From the NCBI GenBank assembly GCA_965372795.1, contig CBDVDR010000005.1:97605-161604 (forward strand): 64,000 bases of DNA. The letters run 5' to 3'. This DNA comes from an uncultured bacterium. Lineage in GTDB: Bacteria; Zixibacteria; MSB-5A5; GN15; FEB-12. Each line of letters opens with the position of its first letter. The first letter of the stretch is position 1. This document shows positions 59,401 to 64,000 of the stretch, in pieces. Below the pieces are notes generated by a model. That model was given only the letters and a program-made list of their open reading frames with translations. It was not told the origin of the DNA and searched no databases. The translations under genes and the position numbers were made by a program.

Positions 59401-59535
59401 TTTAAAGCCGGTCCATCACCTGATTGTATGGAAGAAGCTGATATTGATATGACCGGAGAAGTTGATATTATCGATTTGACCTACATTATCGATTTCCTCT
59501 TCCGCGCTGGTCCTCCAATTCCATCATGCTACTAA
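56434..59535 (+). CDS. Large secreted beta-propeller repeat protein with TSP3 repeats and C-terminal dockerin-like domain
   Basis: Signal peptide, 14 repeats of L-x-x-G-G-x-F...IAxW[DN]G-x-x-W, DSDGFGDACDNCP, CCQIRGDFD..DIVDLT tail. Confidence 0.85.
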   Translation: MEINMTIVDNSIIHPKKTITAVIILFVLLMVSPHLVKPVFASTPDKDNSPQTESIEKFLTSDGHVDLNKAEQSGYQGSLDISGYDIKFDRITNELKLSQSSVNADPDDIYWADGISSLPGTSDPISDMIIFNGDLIIGGRFEIVGDVVSKGVASWDGVSWTSLCSNLDGEIYALGVIGNKLIAAGSFNTIDGIAANNIASWDGTNWSPMGSGLDGNINSILVHQDTVYAAGYIYSPYNNIARWDGSSWSTMESTMGTGMNEEVYAMTVYDNKLVVGGSFTSAGGLSISRVATWNGFTWARFGSGINNDVYALSVFNNNLIAAGYFNRAGGLPVTNIASWNGSTWSALGVGMNSSVSSLCEYDGQIIAGGRFDESGGDEAHRIAVWNGVNWLPIGDGVSGPSPYQSIVNKMIVFDNQLVVAGNFTSASETPVLNIAKWDGASWSEFSPGMSSNKTTGINAMTIFDDKLIVGGTFLSVGHGVPAKNIASWDGSTWSDLDGGLTGNGIKDGVHALIVYDNKLIVGGEFQSAGSSYLNVFRIAAWDGVSWSTVGGAMMSGPVYALHIWENNLIAGGEFANYGGGVGTSNIALWDGSTWSSIGSTGAGGVYGSTGEIYSLTTYDGKLIAGGSFSNAGLIAANNIAQWDGSYWRAMGLGMKYGSIYSMVIYNGELIAGGMFTVVGEERAYNIASWNGTSWSAFNPGANQPIFSILVFNNKLIVGGRYDQIGGFDIYRIAAYNGITWENLGSGMNLQVDWYASVNAIIPYDNSLFVGGTFLSAGDKATPYIAQWTKECTGMDDYDSDGFGDACDNCPLNANADQIDTNHDGIGDACQFVEETPVGEGVISNPGAGVEMTFDNVGTSGNTVVTYGTAGPEANSNFQIIPSGLPGYYNISTEADFTGNIELCINYDDAGLTPENEAGLTLQHYNIDDWFDITISLDTSANQICGSTSSLSPFVLAYAGSCCQIRGDFDHSGGSIPVDIVDLTFLIDFMFKAGPSPDCMEEADIDMTGEVDIIDLTYIIDFLFRAGPPIPSCY

Positions 59536-59554
59536 ACAAAAATAAATTGTTAAT

Positions 59555-59588
59555 AAAAAAAGGGTGAACCGTTTGGTTCACCCTTTTT
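59555..59588. terminator. Bidirectional intrinsic terminator
   Basis: A7-GGGTGAACC-GTTT-GGTTCACCC-T5 between convergent genes. Confidence 0.9.
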
Positions 59589-59604
59589 CATATCGAAAAT
59601 AAAT

Positions 59605-61545
<1,941 letters not shown>

Positions 61546-61560
61546 TTACAATCCTTTCTA

Positions 61561-61863
61561 TCATCCAATAAATCGAATTTTTTCAATAACTTTTCCAAAT
61601 GGCATTTCATGAATTTTCTCAAGAAATGAATCATGTTGCATTGTCAGATCGTTTCTCCAGGATGCATCCGGCACCGAAACGAAGAGAATACCATCTTCAT
61701 ACCGTTTGGCAATACTTCTCTGAGCATTTATTTCACCGGCAATTTCCGGCCATCTATTAACAACCATCCAGCCATAATATTTTCGTGTTAAACCGGCTGA
61801 CCGTATTATTTTTTCTACAATCCCGCCCATATGAACAGGATATTTTGAAGAACGTTTTACCAT
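61561..61863 (-). CDS. dciA: DUF721 / DciA family protein
   Basis: WPEIAG, GILFVSVPDASWRNDL, C-terminal IEKIRF; immediately upstream of gyrB. Start moved to ATG 61863. Confidence 0.8.
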   Translation of the reverse strand: MVKRSSKYPVHMGGIVEKIIRSAGLTRKYYGWMVVNRWPEIAGEINAQRSIAKRYEDGILFVSVPDASWRNDLTMQHDSFLEKIHEMPFGKVIEKIRFIG

Positions 61864-62004
61864 ATAATTTCCATTCAACATCAGAACTATAAAATACACA
61901 TAGTTGAATCTACAAGCAAGTAAAAACTTTCCCGTATCTTATTGTGATTAAACAGATTATGAGAAAAATACAGCCTCTTTTATTGATCTGGAAAACAGGC
62001 GATA

Positions 62005-62038
62005 AAATCAAACAGACAGCGAATTAAAACTGTCTGTT
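62005..62038 (-). terminator. Probable terminator after the GIN-domain gene
   Basis: AACAGACAG/CTGTCTGTT 9-bp stem with a T-rich tail on the minus strand. Confidence 0.6.
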
Positions 62039-62048
62039 ATTCTAAAAT

Positions 62049-62732
62049 TTAGTGGGAGCTTGAACGCCTTTTTTTGATACTTCCTGACCCGGAGACCGAC
62101 TTATCAACTATACCGGGATTGCCAAAATACCGGATATCACCCGAACCGGAAACATTCCCGTCAAAACTATTTGAGGCATAGACTAAAGCGCCACCTGAAC
62201 CGCTAACACTAACACTAACATCATCAGCTTTCAACTCTCTTGAATCAACACTGCCACTTCCGGAAACTCTTATGTCAAGCTCTTCAACTTCACCTTTAGC
62301 ATAAACTTCTCCGGAACCGGAAATTTGAACTTCAAGAAAATCCCCATTCATGTTTTCAATAAATACTTTACCTGATCCTGATAACGAAATTTCTTCAAGG
62401 CTTTTTATAGTAATATCAAACCGGCAATTATAATCTGACCTGAAAGAACTTTTCGAACCAATTTTTAATGTTTTCCCTCGAACCCGAGTTTTCATCATCT
62501 CAATCAGATTATCATCAAAGGTTATTGTGACTTCCTGCTTTTCACCAAGAGTTATATATATATCACTTGAACCTGAGGTCTTAATTTTTGTGAAATTATC
62601 AAGGTCCAAATCTACTGATTCAAGAACACCTGAGCCCCTTTCATAATCCCCAAATATACTAAAAAAATTGCTTGCCGACACCGGACCGGAGAGTAGTAAA
62701 ATAATGGAAAGTAATGTTTTTAAATACCTCAT
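62049..62732 (-). CDS. Secreted head-GIN (DUF2807) domain protein
   Basis: Signal peptide, RGSG, repeated ISGSG/VSGSG units, DDNL; AGAGGAGG RBS. Confidence 0.9.
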   Translation of the reverse strand: MRYLKTLLSIILLLSGPVSASNFFSIFGDYERGSGVLESVDLDLDNFTKIKTSGSSDIYITLGEKQEVTITFDDNLIEMMKTRVRGKTLKIGSKSSFRSDYNCRFDITIKSLEEISLSGSGKVFIENMNGDFLEVQISGSGEVYAKGEVEELDIRVSGSGSVDSRELKADDVSVSVSGSGGALVYASNSFDGNVSGSGDIRYFGNPGIVDKSVSGSGSIKKRRSSSH

Positions 62733-62805
62733 GAAACCTCCTCTACTAATTTGTAAGCTTACAAATTAACTTACGAAAATATGGAGGGGTTGTTTCTTTT
62801 AATCT

Positions 62806-63267
62806 CTAATACTTAACCGGTTCAGAATTGATACCCTTGACCGATTTGAGTTTTGTCCGTTTGGGATGTTTGCTGGAAGGAATAAAGAAATCTGCTCCTT
62901 CTTTTCTTCTCATTCTAACAGTATAATCCTGACAGCCCTCACAACGTCGAATCTTACCCAGACTCTCACGTTTAATAAGCCTTTTCCGATTATGAGTGGG
63001 TGCAAAAACCGGCTCACCTATGATCTTGTGCCCTTTGAAAGGGTCTTTATCATCGATAAACTTTACTCCGCCAATAATATTATTTGTCTCCGGCTGATAC
63101 AATGTCGCCCCGGGACACTCAATAAAGACATAATCTTCAGGAGCTAAATCTTCGTTTATAAGTAAATTTGTATCTAATTCATTAGAATTACACTCAAGGC
63201 AAAGCCAGGCACTTTTTTTTAAAATTAACTTATTGCCACAATTAATGCATTTCCTAAATTCGCGCAT
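62806..63267 (-). CDS. Hypothetical Cys-rich protein, putative zinc ribbon
   Basis: CINC..CLEC, ECP, H, CEGC; GGAG RBS before ATG 63267 (ORF track starts at 63306). Confidence 0.7.
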   Translation of the reverse strand: MREFRKCINCGNKLILKKSAWLCLECNSNELDTNLLINEDLAPEDYVFIECPGATLYQPETNNIIGGVKFIDDKDPFKGHKIIGEPVFAPTHNRKRLIKRESLGKIRRCEGCQDYTVRMRRKEGADFFIPSSKHPKRTKLKSVKGINSEPVKY

Positions 63268-63336
63268 ACAACTCCAGTTTTTTAGTCGGGTTGATAGTAT
63301 TTTCAACGAATAGTAGTATTCGTTTCAAATACTACT

Positions 63337-63352
63337 TGCAACCACTCTGCCA
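63337..63352 (-). promoter_or_regulatory. sigma54 (-24/-12) promoter
   Basis: Minus strand TGGCAGA-GTGG-TTGCA with exact GG-N10-GC spacing, about 70 nt upstream of ATG 63267. Confidence 0.6.
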
Positions 63353-63430
63353 AAACTGGCGACACAATCTATACCCTTGCTGTTCATGCGGTTATGTGCC
63401 ACTGTGGAAATGATTTGTGTGGGAAAAGAC

Positions 63431-63473
63431 AAAAAAATATAGGGGTATTCCAATAAACTATCGGTAACCCCTG
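63431..63473 (-). terminator. Intrinsic terminator
   Basis: Minus strand AGGGGT..CCGATA/TATTGG..ACCCCT followed by a T7 run. Confidence 0.6.
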
Positions 63474-63494
63474 TTAATTTGCAGATCTTTTTTT

Positions 63495-63767
63495 TTAACT
63501 GACAAGCTCTTTATAAGCAAATAAAATTGTAATCAATATGCCTCCGATTACCAGTGCATAAATTGCCTGCATTACAAATTTTACAAACTTAATGCCGGTG
63601 TACAAAAATGCCAGAAAAGCTAGTATAAGGAAAATCTGATGAGGACCTTCACCATGAGTTTTTAATACATACTCATTTATTGACGCACCAATTTCCAAAG
63701 CCGCCTGAAAGAATTCAGCGAAGTTTCCTATAAAATTTAATGCTATTTCAATAAAATCTCGACACAT
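63495..63767 (-). CDS. Small hypothetical membrane protein
   Basis: Two hydrophobic segments; followed by a terminator; start uncertain. Confidence 0.55.
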   Translation of the reverse strand: MCRDFIEIALNFIGNFAEFFQAALEIGASINEYVLKTHGEGPHQIFLILAFLAFLYTGIKFVKFVMQAIYALVIGGILITILFAYKELVS

Positions 63768-64000
63768 ATTACACCAATTAATTTGGGGTATATGTATGTT
63801 ATTTTAGACCGCTAAAATAACACATTATCCCTGATTGATGATTTCTCACCCTTAAATCAAAGATAATAAAATCAACCAAAATTGGCAAGTGCTAACAATT
63901 TCTTTTAATTCAGAACTTTTATAATAATCACAAAAAATAACGTTATCATGTTGATATACAGGCATATAAGAGATAAACTACTCTTTACCCTTTAAAAAGA

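Noticed and set aside
63385..63402. Second sigma54-like site (TGGCACATAACCGCA, minus strand)
   Set aside because: GG-to-GC spacing is 9 nt rather than the required 10

Overview
AT-rich bacterial chromosomal segment of about 57 protein-coding genes, mostly on the + strand. I saw no rRNA, tRNA, CRISPR array, integrase or transposase. Two secreted proteins end in a Cys-flanked, duplicated dockerin-like domain (CC-x-x-RGD-x-D...DIxDLT...GGP). This resembles proteins of the candidate phylum Zixibacteria (inference, not a database result). In order, the window holds: an 11-subunit complex I-like operon (nuoABCDHIJKLMN, no nuoEFG) with a Rex/CRP-type palindrome; DUF502, PTS-IIA-CBS and a CaCA antiporter; phoU and a Na/Pi symporter; an M16 protease; a signal-peptide uORF followed by secD-secF; a TonB receptor with ECF sigma and zinc anti-sigma; DUF4159, a DUF4175-like protein and a TPR protein; a DUF2723 glycosyltransferase; an S8 protease with TSP3 and dockerin-like domains; an HTH protein and EamA; a KamA-family radical SAM enzyme and an SDR; an M23 peptidase; ECF sigma and copA; a kinase with cheV; a two-component pair; pth-rpsF-rpsR-DUF2232-rplI-DUF151-LpoA-like; three hypotheticals; a 14-repeat beta-propeller/dockerin protein; gyrB and dciA; a GIN-domain protein and two hypotheticals. 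Best leads: (1) a candidate new secretion-monitor (arrest) peptide upstream of secDF, with competing hairpins over its 3' end; (2) a 26-residue tandem duplication in the NuoL transverse helix, typical of four-pump 2M complexes, in an operon with only one nuoM; (3) a possible cohesin-like/dockerin-like surface assembly system; (4) unexplained structured RNA candidates upstream of the KamA gene and at 41454-41722. Family calls come from motif recognition by eye and were not checked by a search.
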